A stretch of DNA of 64,000 nucleotides from contig JALDTO010000207.1 of assembly GCA_023515725.1 (NCBI GenBank), positions 68,908 to 132,907 of the forward strand, written 5' to 3'. Under the pieces are notes generated by a model. The model was not told the origin of the DNA. It made no database searches and saw only the letters and a list, made by a program, of their open reading frames with translations. How positions within the stretch are numbered: the first letter of the stretch is position 1; every line of letters begins with the position of its first letter. Below, piece by piece: positions 63,750 through 64,000 of the stretch. This DNA comes from Amoeboaphelidium protococcarum X5 (Eukaryota; Fungi; Aphelidiomycota). The position numbers were made by a program, and so were the translations under genes.

Positions 63750-64000
63750 ACTGTATTTTTTAAATGTATCAATATTTATAAAGCAGTATTTTAGGATAGT
63801 AGATTACAAGATAAGAAGGCGGTCGATCAGTTGACCTCAATACTTCAACCTTGATAGCAATGTAACACCAATCGAGGAATCTTAGTGGTCAGTCACATTT
63901 TACACGCAACGTCGATCACGTTTCTTCATGTCCATTCAAATTTCGGTCTTAATACCAGACTAAGAGTAGAGGGAATTCAAAGGACATGCAAGACAATCAC

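Noticed and set aside
1-64000. Mass pseudogenisation or sequencing error as the cause of the fragmented ORFs
   Set aside because: The interruptions are almost all TAA/TAG at Gln positions with the frame preserved, which a code change explains.
1-64000. CRISPR arrays, rRNA genes or prokaryotic operons
   Set aside because: No repeat-spacer arrays or rRNA-like sequence were seen; the window is eukaryotic with spliceosomal introns.

Overview
Gene-dense eukaryotic genomic DNA, fungus-related and carrying short introns. It uses a non-standard genetic code: TAA and TAG encode Gln and TGA is the only stop (translation table 6). The supplied standard-code ORF track therefore fragments nearly every gene. 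The code plus the fungal-like gene content fits the aphelid Amoeboaphelidium protococcarum (inference, not proven from this window). Retranslated by hand, the window holds about 35 protein genes. These include an Obg GTPase, a TBC Rab-GAP, RpiA, Dbf4, a REC114-like protein, Mpp10, MSH6, dihydroorotase, a Nup153/Nup1-like protein, an ABCG transporter, verprolin, an FKBP-TPR protein, a gamma-carbonic anhydrase, adenylosuccinate synthetase, NHP2, an NYN protein, VPS25, the ADP/ATP carrier, eIF5, a RING-H2 ligase and two secreted Cys-repeat proteins. There is also one tRNA-Met and an apparently intact 5.16-kb Ty3/Gypsy LTR retrotransposon. The retrotransposon is the most striking system. It sits 14 bp upstream of the tRNA gene, has a self-complementary (Tf1-like) primer site instead of a tRNA primer site, and joins gag to pol across a single in-frame TGA in a CAA-TGA-CAG-TTA readthrough context. 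Other notable signals are a recurring TGAAAC/GTTTCA plus TATA promoter module, a near-invariant TGTAG 3' splice site, ACGCGT enrichment and reading frames broken by in-frame TGA. All coordinates and translations were derived by eye and should be re-verified computationally.
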